Assembly (NCBI GenBank): GCA_951406725.2
Contig: OX597819.1
Location: forward strand, 99,014,001 to 99,078,000
Direction: 5' to 3'
DNA: 64,000 bases
Source of the DNA: Octopus vulgaris
Taxonomy: Eukaryota
Shown: positions 25,656-39,107 of the stretch, in pieces
Numbering within the stretch: position 1 is the first letter of the stretch
How the letters are laid out: each line of letters starts with the position of its first letter
Program-made: the position numbers and the translations under genes
Notes under the pieces: model-generated
The model's input: only the letters and a program-made list of their open reading frames with translations
Told to the model about the DNA's origin: nothing
Databases searched by the model: none

Positions 25656-26475
25656 GAAATAGACAAAGAAAAATCCCAGCAATGGTTGAGAAGCTCAGGA
25701 CTCAAAGCAGAAACAGAGGGATTTTTAATTGCAGCACAAGACCAAAGCCTCCCCACCAGAAATTACCAAAAACATGTAATGAAAAGAAATATTACAAGTA
25801 ACTGCAGAATATGTGGAGATGGACAAGAAACAATAAATCATATTATCTCTAGCTGCCCAGTCCTGGCTAAGAAGGAATATATTCACAGACATGACAGAGT
25901 TGGAACCTACATACATTGGAAGCTATGCCAACATTATGGAATAACAACAGAAAAAAGATGGTATAGGCACACACCAGAAAAGGTCACAGAAAACGAGAAA
26001 GCAACCATACTCTGGGATATGCCGATACACACAGATAGAGAAATTAAGGCCAACAGACCAGATATAGTTGTCATAGATCATGAAGAAAAAAAATGCTTTT
26101 TAATTGATGTATCAATACCGGCAGATGACAACGTGTCTCTAAAAGAAATGGAGAAACTCTCAAAATACAAAGACCTGGAAATAGAGGTAACTAGAATGTG
26201 GAATCTGAAAACAGAAACAATTCCTATCATAGTAGGTGCATTAGGCATGATAAAAAAATATTCAGACAAATACATAACAAAAACACCAGGACTTACAAAC
26301 ACATATAACATACAGAAAATTGCACTACTAGGCACTGCCCACATCCTACGCAGAACACTTTCCATACAATAACCATCAGAGCATCACAACAAATCACAGC
26401 ACATACCCAAGGCACACAGAGCTGCGCTCGGTAGTGAAGTGAAAGCACGCTATAAAAATAAAAATAAAACTACTG
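25656..26475 (+). mobile_element. Young 5'-truncated R4/Dong-type LINE (CCHC knuckle + REL endonuclease)
   Basis: Uninterrupted frame to 26372: CRICGDGQETINHIISSC, RHDRV, ILWD, NRPDIVV, LIDVSIP, EKLSKY, IIVGALG, QKIALLGTAHILRR; (AAT)n on both sides. Confidence 0.95.
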
Positions 26476-26498
26476 AATAATAATAATAATAATAATTC

Positions 26499-26652
26499 CA
26501 GAAAATTGCACTACTAGGCACTGCACACATCCTACGCAGAACACTTTCCATACAATAACCATCAGAGCATCACAACAAATCACAGCACATACCCAAGGCA
26601 CACAGAGCTGCGCTCGGTAGTGAAGTGAAAGGACGCTATAAAAATAAAACTA

Positions 26653-26655
<3 letters not shown>
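26499..26655 (+). mobile_element. Second, shorter tandem copy of the same LINE 3' end
   Basis: Near-identical to ~26313-26475; followed by (AAT)n. Confidence 0.9.
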
Positions 26656-26719
<64 letters not shown>

Positions 26720-26737
26720 GTAATAATAATAATAAAT

Positions 26738-27271
26738 GCCCTGATGCAGTACCAGGCAGTGGCTCTCGTAGCTTCTAATCTGTTATCATGTATCTCTTAT
26801 CATGTACATTGTTTTGTCTTGGTGTAAAAGATGGACTACAGCAAATAATTTGCTCAATACCACAGATTTGCTTGTCAGTTGTTTGACCTTAACAAGTTGT
26901 GCACGTCCCTTAAAGGCTGACGATATGTGCATCTCTGATCGCGAGCAGAGCCATGTGTTGAGAGAGATTCTTTGGGGTTTGAATAATTCACCTCTGGAAA
27001 CATGGGTGTTTCCTTCAGCATCATTAAACAACCCTTATTCGGGGACCTTTTCAGCGGGATAGGTTACTCGACCAGAAGAAAATTCTAGCTGGGTCCCATC
27101 TGCAAGGTCATGTGCTGTTTATCTTGAAATGAGATCACCATATCGCGCACATATGGTTGTGATGCATGTGTCTGGTGCATCCTTATCAGACGAGGAATCA
27201 TGATGGGTATACTGGGCTTCGTATATTTTTACCCCAGTGTCACTTTGATGGCATGCGCTGCTCTCTCACTC
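26738..27271 (+). mobile_element. Non-coding ~530-bp (AAT)n-flanked element
   Basis: GCCCTGATGCAGTACCAGGCAG...GCTCTCTCACTC(AAT)n; homologous to 10954-11510. Confidence 0.8.
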
Positions 27272-27351
<80 letters not shown>

Positions 27352-27367
27352 TGATAATAATAATAAT

Positions 27368-27572
27368 ATCCTTTCTACTATAGACACAAGACCTGAAATT
27401 TGCGGGGAGTGGGGCTAGTCGATTACATCAACTCTAGTGCTCAACTGGTATTTATGTCATCGACCCCGACTATATGAAAGGCAATGTCGCCCTCGATGGA
27501 ATTTGATCTCAGAACGTAAAATCGGAAGAAATGTCACGAAACATTTTGTCCAGCGTGCCAGCTCGTCGCCTC
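27368..27572 (-). mobile_element. MetaSINE-type SINE (group B), diverged
   Basis: Aligns with 23940-24155. Confidence 0.75.
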
Positions 27573-27596
27573 AATAATAATAATGATAATGATAAC

Positions 27597-27660
<64 letters not shown>

Positions 27661-27714
27661 GTAATAATAATAATAATAATAATAAGAAGAAGAAGAAGAA
27701 GAAGAAGAATGATG

Positions 27715-27792
<78 letters not shown>

Positions 27793-28596
27793 TTGATAAT
27801 GACAATGATGATGGTGGTGTTGATGTTGTTGTTGTTATTGATGATGATGATGATGATCTAATAAAAATTTACATTAAGGTTCAACCTGTTTTACGTCATA
27901 GATCAGTATATTTACTCCGCTTGTGTCTCAGTTTACTAACGCTTTTAATATGTCGATTCATCAAATTACACGCAAATATTTTCATTTCCATAATTTCATT
28001 TTCCTTTATTTTTTATTCTTATTTCAAGTGGAGTTTCTTGTTTGCTAGTAAGTCAATAACAGTCGATACCAACACAGTGGTTTCGACTGACACAGCAGGC
28101 AACATACCACTATAGTGTGAGTGGTATTGTTGCTACCACTACTGCTCCGCAATCAATACCACTGCATTGCTAACGACGAACAATGTCATATAATGACGTC
28201 ATAGTGGAGTTACATTACATCGAAGTTTTGTGGTCGGGGTGGTGGAGAATTATCAAAGGAAAGCGGTTTCGATCCCCGACTTAATCTATTTCAATTTACG
28301 ATAATGCGTCACGTTTATAGGAAAGGCATGAACGTCATAAAATCCAATACCGCTTCTTTTAGAATGGTGTGATTTGCATGGTCAGAATATATAAGAAAAT
28401 GAAATAAATATTTTAAAGAGTCCATATCCGTCATCCATCGATTCTTCAGTCCATCCCTCTTGGGGATATTTATGTATGTATGTATGTATGTATGTATGTA
28501 TGTATGTATGTATGTATGTATGTATGTATGTATGCATGTATGTATGTATGCATGTATGTATGTATGTATGTATGTATGCATGCATGTATGTATGTA

Positions 28597-28634
<38 letters not shown>

Positions 28635-28725
28635 CGTGTGTATGTATGTTTATTTGTACATATACACTTTATATATACATAGGTAAGTATATATATATAT
28701 GTGCGTGTATGTGTGTGTGTGTGAA

Positions 28726-28866
28726 GGTGCGTGGCTTAGTGGTTAGGGCATTCGGCTCACGGTTGTAAGGTCGTGAGTTCAATTCCCGGCGACGCGTTGT
28801 GTCCTTGAGCAAGACACTTTATTTCATGTTGCTCCAGTCCACTCAGCTGGCAAAAATGAGTAGTAC
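28726..28866 (+). mobile_element. tRNA-derived SINE 5' part, group C
   Basis: A box TGGCTTAGTGG, B box GAGTTCAATTCCC, then GTGTCCTTGAGCAAGACACTTTAT. Confidence 0.8.
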
Positions 28867-29874
28867 GTAAATATCAAACGACGAAATTGAGTGCTCAACA
28901 CCGCATAAGGGGGTAGTACTTTTTTATTTGTGAATTAAGGCTGCCATTGGTTTCATGTTAAGAAAAATATCTTAATATCTTAATTATTCAAACCGATCAC
29001 ATGGAGGAATGCCGTTCGTCCCCATTTTGAATAACTATATGTGTGTGTGTTTGTGTGCGTGCATGAGTGCATGCATGTGTGTGTGTTTGTGTGTGTGCGT
29101 GCATGCATGTGTGTGCGTGCGTGCGTATAGCTTTTCTGTGCATCATCACATGATGTACCTGGATACATCATCAGTGATGTTTTTGGGGGTTATTAAGTGT
29201 TTCAGGTCTTTCATCATCAAACATACTCATCCAGGCAACCTAGCCGAGTTTGATCAAGCCCATCGTGTGTCCAGCTAGCACTGCTCTTGGGAGCATTGTT
29301 CCTTTCAAAGGCTCGTATTTCTTGATCCACACTCATCTTATGATAACATCTGGTCCTTCAAGTCAACCAGATAGCCTTCTGCCTTCTGTGTTGCCAAGAT
29401 ATTGTATGATCTCAAACACACATCGACACGTGGCAAGAATGCAAGGAATGTGTTTACATTCCTATTTCACAACTAAGCTAATATTAAAATTTATTTCAGT
29501 ACTTCTGACTAGCACTGTGTTATGCCTAAAATATATATCGTTAAATCAATGTCAAGACGTTAAAAGCGCAAATAGGTAAATTAAGTTTTCCATTTTGTGG
29601 GTTGTCTAATTGGCAGCTTCATATTTTTAATGAATATTCTATGTCCGTTTAGAGGAACAGATCTAGGTGCGTCTTCTCTGAGGAGTGGTAACAAACCATG
29701 AAATGGTCCGTTAAGAGACTTCGTCCACATGTTTTAAAGGCAGTAAAGGAATATGTTAGCTTTCTTATTTCTGTAAGTTTTCTTCATATACATACATACA
29801 TGCATAGGTACACTCATGTACACACATATATACATATATGCATACGTAAACGCACACAACACACACACACACAC

Positions 29875-29984
<110 letters not shown>

Positions 29985-30618
29985 AAATAACAGACATATG
30001 GCATAACTACAGATTTCTGCCCCGCCGACTTTGGATGATCATAACTTTCAGAAAAATAAATATTCTTTATTGTCATGTAGATTTTTTGGGGGGAAGTGTT
30101 TTAGGAGGAGTGGGCGATTTCGGAAAATTCACCGGAGTCCGCTTCAATTCGTCTTAACCTACAAGGAAATGTTTATTCAGATGCATTTTGTGATGTCGAG
30201 TGCGAAAATACTTTAAGCTGCGTATTATACTCAAGAGCGGACTATACTCGAGGATTTACGGTAGTTAGGTTGAGAAGAGCGGCGGCGGCGGTGATGGTGG
30301 TAGTGATGGTGGTGGTGGTGCAAGTGTTTGGGAAATGCGACAATTGCATTGGTCCAGTGACATCCATTCGTATACAGGAAGCATGGTACGGTTATAAGGT
30401 TAGTTTTGCAACCCTTCCTCAGTTTTGCAACCCAACAACATGGATAGAAGACTGAGGTGTGAGTGATTGTACCAAGAGCAAGAGCGGTGTGTTGTGTGTG
30501 AGTGATAGGAATGTTCGGGAGATGAGAGTGTACTAAAGGGGCAGAAGATGAAGAGTTAACAGTATGATATATACTGCTAAACATGTGTGTCGTATGTACG
30601 TGCTTATGCATGTATGTA

Positions 30619-30669
<51 letters not shown>

Positions 30670-30674
30670 GAAAA

Positions 30675-30824
30675 TGAATAGGACTGACTTTTCTGCTAAT
30701 TTTTCCACTTTAATAATTAAATGTTTATAAATAATAGGGTGTTTACAGAACCTAATTAAATACATAATTTATAAACATTTAATTATCAAAGTGAAAAAAT
30801 TATCAGAAAAGCCAGTCCTATTCA
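30675..30824. repeat. 58-bp imperfect inverted repeat
   Basis: 30675-30732 vs 30767-30824, about 4 mismatches. Confidence 0.9.
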
Positions 30825-30897
30825 AATACATAATACAGTACCAAGGATTTTTTATCTATCTATCTATCTGTCTGTCTCTCCTTCTCACTACTCTCCT

Positions 30898-30976
<79 letters not shown>

Positions 30977-31039
30977 TAATATAAATAAATATAAATATAT
31001 GCATATATATATATATATATGTACATACCTACATATATA

Positions 31040-31885
31040 TGTATATATACATGCATATATGGGTACAGGACATAAAAAACGTTGAACACGAGAAACGAAA
31101 ACATAAAAACAAAAACATAGAAACGAGCTTTTTTTTCAAACAACGAAAAAAACAGAAAAACGAGACATACAACATAAAGAATATTCCCCTTCTTCAGTTG
31201 TCCCTGTTTCATCTACTCCACGTTCTGAGGGCAAGGACCAGACGCGACTTCGTTAAAACAGTCCTTCCCGCAAAGCAAATTAAATATAATTTGGGATTTT
31301 TTGCGGAGGGTGCAAGTGGTAACAAGAACAGGACAGTGAAAACAAAACAGTAAAAACAAACGATGAGGGTTGTTAAGTCAAGACGATGGGAAAATTATTC
31401 TGAACGTTTAAGGAGACGAGCTCATGAAGAGACAGGATAAGCTGGTTTAGTCTTGGTGAAGGTAGTAGTCAGAAATATGGCTTCCCTCTCATCACGTGTG
31501 AGCGACGAGAGAATCGAGGAGGAGGAGTGAGAGAGAGGGAATGGTGAAGGGGAGAGGAGAAGAATAGGAAAGAGTGGGAGAGAAAACCAGAAAGGATGAA
31601 GAACAAGCGAGGAAGAGAGATTGACAGAGAAGAGATAGTAAAGAGGAAGAGTGCGCATCGTAATTATTATGATAAAACCTACTTGGAAAAGAATGCGTAG
31701 CGTTCGATTATATAATAGAATAAATAATATATAAATATATGTATATACATGCATATATGGGTCCAGGGCATCAAAAAAAAGTTGAACACAATGAGAAACG
31801 AAAACATAAAAACAAAAACATAGAAACGAACTGTTTTTCAAACAACGAAAAAAACAGAAAAACGAGACATACAACATAAAGAATA
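31040..31885 (-). mobile_element. PLE-like pseudo-LTR unit with a partial tandem repeat
   Basis: ~31045-31184 repeated at ~31745-31885; the same family lies in opposite orientation at ~50255-50625; embedded in (TA)n. PLE assignment is inferred. Confidence 0.6.
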
Positions 31886-32279
31886 TATATTCATATTAAG
31901 GGCATTAGTATACATAAATGCCTCACTCTACGAGGGACACTTAAACTCAAACTACCATAATAAGCACATTGTGCTGAACGCAATGGAATGGAACTCTCGA
32001 AACGAGCTCCTTAAAAACAGATTCAGCCATAGATCATATGATTTCATAATTATTGCACAAAATGCACTTTTTAATCGTGAGTGCAAGCATAATCAAAGCA
32101 CATAAAAATGAACAAAAATCTACATACCAGACGAACACCAAATGTATCCAGCATAGTACATAGAGTTGTTCACTCTTATATATCTGTGTAAGAGGCGGCC
32201 TTTTCGAATTGCATCTCGGTACACGTGGTGTGAATGTCTGTCTTCATATCTGTCAATTTTAGCGTTTGTTTCACCATGC

Positions 32280-33100
32280 GTACACTAGTGGGCAGGGTTT
32301 TCGAGTAATGGGAGTCGCCTATCCACATGCTACTTTGTCATCTCTTTACGGTGCAACATCCTGAGATCACTCTTCACCACTTCATCCAAAGACTTCCTTG
32401 GTTTCTCTCTTCTACACACTCCATTCACTTTCAAGGTCTAACTCTTCTTTATACAGCAAACTTCCTCCACACTTATCACGTACTCATAACAGTGTAGTCT
32501 TCTCTCTTGTACATTGCACATAACTCTTATGTTTAGTTTTTCTCTTATCTCATTTCTACTCTGTCGTTACTGCACACCCATATTACTCATCCAGCGGAGT
32601 ATGTCTCGTTTAATTACTTTATAGTCATAGCAAATCCTTTGCATTCAAGGCCCACACCTCACTACATCATGCTCAAGCGCCATACAATCTAGCCTTCACT
32701 CTGAAGAAGAGGCCCTTCGTTGCTCGCAGACATAACAGATTCCTGAACTTCTTCCATCCCGTTCCTATTGTGGCTAACATACTTTCAGGGACATCCACTC
32801 CCGAAACTAATTATATCACCAAGGTAACAGAAACTATTAACTATTCCTAGAGAGCCGCTTGAGCATTTGAAACAGTATATTTCATATATCCTCTTAGTGC
32901 TCTCTCTGAGCCTTTGGTGCACTTGAAGTCTGTCCTCTCTGTTAGCCTACTTGTGATCCCTATATATCTCTTGTGCGTCTATTGTTTACACTTTGTACTT
33001 CGTATTGAATTCCTACATGCTTCTCTTTTACATATCGAGCATGGACTTGTATTCTTTCCTACTTTCTAATATTTTAGTCTTTCCTAAATTTACTGTGAGG
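32280..33100 (-). mobile_element. RTE LINE 3' portion, decayed
   Basis: Minus strand: VNSFCYLGDII, GWKKFRNLL, ILRWMS, EIREKLNIR..VQERRL, KPRKSLDEVVKSDL. Confidence 0.85.
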
Positions 33101-33109
33101 TTTCAAGAT

Positions 33110-34250
33110 ACTAGAATATCCGGTATGACTCCATTAATTCTACAACATGAACATGAAGCACTTTTTAGCTGCATAGAACCGGTTGGTTTTTATATCATTT
33201 CTATGTGGTTTACATCTTTTGAACATCCTCCGCTTGATGTTGAATGCGATCTATCAAAGTTCAAACACAAATGGATAATTTTAGCGCATCCTTATTTCCT
33301 ATATTGCTGAAAGAATAAATGTGGTCAAAGTGTCTTTATTTGAATTTGCATCCACGAAAACGCCATAGTGTTTACGTGTAAGTGTTTAAATGTAGTTTAG
33401 CTGAGGTGACTTCTGCCTCATAAATAATTGCTTCGGAGCTGGCTGACTGATTAACGAGGATATACATTTGTATGTAAGCATATGTAGTTAACTTCAATGA
33501 ATTTCGTTAGCAAACTGTTAAGATTTTCATCTCCGTGGTACACCAGTAACTCTACTAAATAATTATCTGCGCCGGTGGCTCATGGGGAAATCTATATTAA
33601 GGTGAGGAATTTTTAGGTATTTCAAATTACATTTAAGAAAAAGAAATAAGTGAATCTTATATTAGGGAGTCTTACCTTTTACTATTGCGGGGCGGGATTT
33701 AGAGTTTTTTTTTTTTTTTTTTTTGCTTTTTCTTTTTGGTGGAGGGCGATGGAGGATAACGTCTCTGAATCCGATAGTTTCTAGCGCCATACTGTGGTAC
33801 GATGTAACACTGTCGAAAATTTCTTTATTCAATGACAAACTGGAGATTCTTCTACTGATATCTTCAAAAGAGGTTTTTGAAAGCTCTATGATGGTGGCAG
33901 GGTTCTATATTAATATATCTGAATTACTCATTAACTTTACTGTCAGAGTTACATTTGTCTAAGGTGAGGGTAATGTTAAGGAATTAACATTACTTTATTG
34001 CTGATAGTCACTAGTTGACCAAAATTACCGAAGGTGTTAATAGGTAATCTCTAAATATATAATTGAGTTTAATGTGTTCGTTTGCTTGCTGGGCTATAGC
34101 CAAGCCTATGGTTTCTATCTCATTATACATCTATTGTTGACGTCAAACGACTCTGCGGGTGTAATTTTTGAAAAATCTAGACAGATTATTTTTTTCAAGA
34201 ACAGTTTCCGTGGCATAATATCTATATCGTTACCTCCTAAAATTGAATGT
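33110..34250 (-). mobile_element. Neptune-like PLE relic (RT thumb/linker/GIY-YIG)
   Basis: Minus strand: ISRRISSLSLNKEIF..ALETIGF (~33770-33870), DFPMSHRRR*LFSR, AIIYEAEVT (~33400-33435). Confidence 0.7.
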
Positions 34251-34520
34251 ATATAATATTCATCTGTGTTGTGATATAAATATATATTATGACCATCTAT
34301 ACTAACATATATATATATACATACATACATAGAATATAGATATATCAAATAAATATACATACTACGCGCGCGCGCGCGCACACACACATACGTACATATA
34401 TATATATAGAGAGAGAGAATTATTTGAGGGAATATTAATCCTAACTTACAGGTAAAAAATTCAATTTAGAAAAACTAAATCAAATTTCACACAATATCCT
34501 ATATATATATATATATATAT

Positions 34521-34632
34521 ATAAATTAGAAAAAAATCACCTTTTATCAATTCTATTATATGTAATTATCTAGATGGTGTAATTTAATTGTTCATTTTGA
34601 ATTGATAAAAGGTGGGTTTTTTTCTAATTTAT
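34521..34632. repeat. 33-bp inverted repeat between (TA)n tracts
   Basis: ATAAATTAGAAAAAAATCACCTTTTATCAATTC vs GAATTGATAAAAGGTGGGTTTTTTTCTAATTTAT. Confidence 0.85.
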
Positions 34633-34659
34633 ATATATATATATATATATATATACAAA

Positions 34660-37600
34660 TACAGTGTTCATTTAAACACACAAAAGGCATCCATCATAAT
34701 ATTCCTTGCTCGCTAGAGAGGAAAGTTAAATTCCAAACCACTATTAGGGATAAAATTTCGAAAAACATTTACCATCTAACCCCTGGACCAATGGTTTCAG
34801 ACTTTTTTTAACAAATAAAATAATTTGCTCGGCGAAGTCTCCTTCAGCAGGTACACCTTAGATTAAATATATATACACGAAGCAATCCAGTATATGTGAC
34901 GTGCTTATACATTCTTATTTTTCAAATCTACCGCACAAGCGCAGCTCCTTGTCGGCAGTAAATAAAATGGAAATTTCAAATCAAATATTTCTAATTACCC
35001 TTTGATATTATTATTTATTGATAATTTTCCTGGAAAATTTTCTTATTGATTGGTAAATTTGTTTGATGATATTAAAAATGTTTTGGTGATGCGGGTTATG
35101 TGTTACTATTGTGTTGCGTTAATGGGTTCGACTTTCTCATGTTGCCCTAAGTTGTTCTACAGATACCTCTTTTGCTCGTAGTATGCTATTTTCTATATGT
35201 TGGAGAGGGTAATTTTGCTTGAGCAGAAATCCTTTGAGTTCTGTAAGTCGTATGTTCCTGGTATTTGGATAATTTACTATAGTACAAATTTCTTTGGCTA
35301 CACAGTACGGGATGTTGTGTTTAGTATGTGCTGCGTGGCATGATTTGAAATTTAGGTACTGATGAGTATCTGTGCTTTTGTAATTTTATGATTCTGTGCT
35401 TTTATAACTTTGTGATTTTTATGATTGAGGTGTTGCTTTTAATTACCATTATGTCCAAAAATGGTAATTGTGTGTTGCTCATTTCTCTTGTGAATTTGAT
35501 ACTAGGGAGTACATTGTTGAGTGGGGTGCTGAATTCTTCCAGATTTTCTAGGGAGTTGGTCCAAATTTAAAAAAAACAATCATCGAGGTATCTCTTCCAT
35601 GTGTTCTCTATATGTCTTTTAAAGGTCATGCTGTAGTTCTCTTATTTTTTTTTTTTTAGGATTTGTTCCAAGTATCCCAATACTGAGTTCGCGAAAACTG
35701 GAGTAAACCGCGTCCCCATAGATGTACCTCGAATTTGGAGGTAGTTTTTTTTTCGGTTGAAAATAAATGTGTTTTCTAGGATGAGACTGACCGCGTCTAG
35801 TATGAAGGTTACAGTAAATATACTGGGGATCGCTTCTATGTCTCTCGACCCAATATTTTATGGCAGTAATTCTCAAATCATGTGGAATGTTCGTATATAT
35901 GTTTGTTACGTCAAAACTAACAGTGAATTGAACTCTGTTGTTTTAGGCAGATGTGACAGGAAATCAATGTCTGAAACATAGTGGTTTTAGCATAACGTCA
36001 ATGATGATGCTCAGACGATGTGTAGGACAGCCTGGATCAGCTATAATGGCTCTTAGTTTCAGGTCTTTTGGTTGTAGTAGTTTTATGTATTCACTACCTT
36101 GTTCCTCTATAGCGCTTTATATGTCTTTTGACTTATGAATTTTAGGTAAGCCATAAAAGTTGTTGGATTTCGACTCAAAATTGGTAATATAGTCCCTTTC
36201 GTTAGAAGTGAGGGAGTTATAATGTTTCGAGAGTAAATAATTGAGTTTCTTCATGGTACGGTGGTCAATATTAGAGGGTATTTCATGGTAGTACGTTGTA
36301 TCCTTCAAATGATCTTCAATTAGATCCCGGTAATATTCCGTATCCATTATAACAATGGCACTCCCTTTATCCGCTTGTTTGATGACAGTTATGTTGTCAT
36401 TTTTAAGACGATTAAGGACAGACTTATCTAGTTTTGGAATTATTTTAGCCTGACGTTGATGTTATGCATCATGGAAATCTGGAGGAGATATCAATGAACT
36501 GATCTAGATGTGTATTTCGTCCCTTTGGCGGGTTAAATTTTGATTTATTTTTCGCCAAGGATTCATCATTCTCATTATTTTTATCAGTAAAAACTCCACA
36601 GGTCGTAGTTTCCGATAAAAGTTTTAGATATCTTCCTCCAATTCCTGATGGTTGACTGTAGGTGTAGGTGTAGATTTTAGTCCTGTCATCAAAAATCGAA
36701 GTTCGCCACTGTCTATATTTCTTTTTGACAGATTAATAAATTTAAGGTCTATCCTATCAGCTGTTTTACAGTTGTTTCTAATCGGACTTTTCATTCTCTG
36801 GTATTTCCTGTCCTGACCCTAAAAAGTAGATACTTTTTTGTCTATTATTTCTTCTATTATTAGCATCATTTCTCTGGTGAGCTTTGTATTTTGGTTGTGG
36901 TGTTTGGTTAGGTATGTTTTTTTCTCTTGTTCCTAAGTATAGGTATATTATTTATATTTTCAGTTTGTGAAAAGAACTTTTGGGGTTTATTTGACGGTCT
37001 AATATGTTTTTTTTTTTTTTTTGTTCTGTTTCTAAGAGGTGATTTTCGTTGAGGTCTTGAATGCGATTTCTTCCTGGTTTTCCTTCCTACAATATTTTAA
37101 TCAAATGAATAACTGTTTTGTTTCTAACGTCTTGATCAAAGGAATGTTTGTTTTGTTTACGGTATTCTTGTATGTTACGTGTACAGGTATGTTTCTTTGT
37201 ATTTTTAAATGATAAAAAGTTCTTACCGTAGTTCCTTGTGGTTGACTGTTTTTGTTGCCACGTGTTTTCGTGAATATTGTTTTGCTTAAGTTGCTTCCTT
37301 ATTATATTTATTTTATGTGGTACTGAACTGTCATTACCGTAGTTCTCGGCATATTTATCAAGGAACAATTGTTTCTTTTGCTATAAATGTCTTGATTTAT
37401 TTTCTTTTATAATACCTTTAATCCCCATCACTTTCATTTTCTCAGCTATGTTTCCGTAGCTATTTTCGATATTACCTCGATAATGTCATTGCCCACTGTT
37501 TCGTATTTTGTCTTGAATCGAGACTCTTTACTTAGGCTGGTAAAGATGTATGCCCTCAATTTTGACATACGCAGCGCCCATCTTAGTTTTGTTTCTTCCT

Positions 37601-37800
37601 CCGGTTCACCTATAATTTCTTTTATTAAGAATTTGCAGGGAAGTATGGGTACGTCTGACTCATTCCAATCTGTGTATATCTCAGCATATTTTTTACATTT
37701 GTATGACTTCCAAAAATTTTGTTTACATATATTAAGATGGTTTTTCCTTGTCGTCCAAACGTATACAAACATTACAATATTCGCTTGTATATACATATAT
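34660..37800 (-). mobile_element. Penelope-like retroelement, long decayed copy
   Basis: Minus strand: INLSKR..GLKSTPTP, VIKQADKGSAIVIMD, FYGLPKIHK, LRAIIADPGCPTHRLS, SFDVTNIYTNIPH, WKRYLDDCF, LPFLDIMV, HQYLNFKSCH; many stops and frameshifts; no GIY-YIG seen. Confidence 0.9.
34782..34851 (-). ncRNA. Type I hammerhead ribozyme at the PLE 3' end (A9G variant)
   Basis: CCUG-CUGAAGG-AGACU-(~32 nt)-AGUCU-GAAA-CCAUUGG-UC-CAGG; all three stems pair; GUC site. Confidence 0.7.
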
Positions 37801-37814
37801 AGAACCTAACGTCT

Positions 37815-38134
37815 TAAACACACTGTCATTAGCAACACGCACCTAGAAAGTTCCCCTCCGAAGCACAAGTCCGGGAAAGGTTGTTTGTGGAAGACTAGCA
37901 GTCACTCATGCAATACCAGTGTCCGTTCTCCATGCCACCGATGTTGTCGAAAAGAAAAGCAAAGCCCAATACAGCTTGGTACCAGTGACGTCGCAACTCA
38001 TTTTTACAGCTGAGTGAAGTGGAACAACGTGAAATAAAGTGTCTTGCTCAAGAACACAACACATAGCTTGGTCCGGGAATCGGACTCATAAACTCATGAT
38101 TGTGACCCATGCTATAATCACTGGGCCATGCGTT
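37815..38134 (-). mobile_element. tRNA-derived SINE, group C, near full length
   Basis: Reverse complement of the 28726-type head (ATAAAGTGTCTTGCTCAAGAACACAAC..GGGAATCGGACTC) plus a 3' body. Confidence 0.75.
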
Positions 38135-38141
38135 TTTATAC

Positions 38142-38172
<31 letters not shown>

Positions 38173-38358
38173 ATGTGTGTTTGTGTGTGTGTATATCAGT
38201 GTTACCTATATTGTTATATATCACTACTATCTATGCTGCAGCATATCATTGTCGTCTATATTAAAAAACTTTTAGCAAATTTTCAGTCACTGATAACTGG
38301 AGATCAGGAAATGGAAGCATTAAATTCAACAATACCAAATTAGGTAACGTTGAAGTCA

Positions 38359-38414
<56 letters not shown>

Positions 38415-38734
38415 AATAATAAACCTGTTTATATTAGTCGCAGTTTGATTTTTATTCCTCAACTGAAGGTTGTTTACTTTACTAATCTTCCTATTAATAA
38501 GATCATGATATTCTAACTATTTAATCGGATCTTGGATTTTTGCGGGATTAATTAATATACATATCTGTTTGGAGGCAAAATTCTCCCTATGTTTCATGAC
38601 GAATGATTCACATTTAGCTAAACTGTTTAATCTGCTGTATGATCAAATTCTCTAGTTATATATTTGCTTCAATACATGCGTTAATCTTGGTATAGTTACA
38701 AGTAACTTCATTAAGTAAGAGATACCTATTACTT

Positions 38735-38820
38735 AAAAGCAAAACGCTTTATGGCGTAGAAACTAGTTTATATATGTTCATATATGGACTAGTTTCTACG
38801 CGAGGAAAGTTTTGTATTTT
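38735..38820. repeat. Hairpin, probable centre of an old fold-back MITE
   Basis: GCGTAGAAACTAGT(TT)ATATATG-TT-CATATAT(GG)ACTAGTTTCTACGC, with weaker outer symmetry. Confidence 0.7.
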
Positions 38821-39107
38821 CAGTAGAGGTAAACAACCTTTCATATTTTCATTCCTTAATGTTTTTAGCATCGAAAGTCAAAATTTTTCGGCAGGTATTG
38901 TACAAGCTGAAAGTGATGTCGTATATTATATCTGAGGGGTCAATTTCCAAAAGTTCTTGCTCTTTGATTCTTTAATTAAGTTGCGTCAATCCTTTATATC
39001 GTAGTGGGTAGGTAGATAGGTATGCATGCATGTGTGAATGTATACATGTGCGTAAGTACGTATGTATGTATGCATGCATTATGTGTTTATGTATATATGT
39101 ATGTATG

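Noticed and set aside
25383-26372. 329-aa ORF read as a poly-Met/poly-Ile fusion to an endonuclease
   Set aside because: The N-terminal ~90 codons are (GAT)n/(AAT)n; in-frame fusion to a truncated LINE is expected by chance
27060-27170. HDV-like ribozyme in the 530-bp element
   Set aside because: A partial P1/P3 look-alike lacks the GG for P1.1 and a J4/2 motif
28726-28800. tRNA genes (also 15721, 56976, 58371)
   Set aside because: A/B boxes run straight into SINE bodies and no full cloverleaf forms
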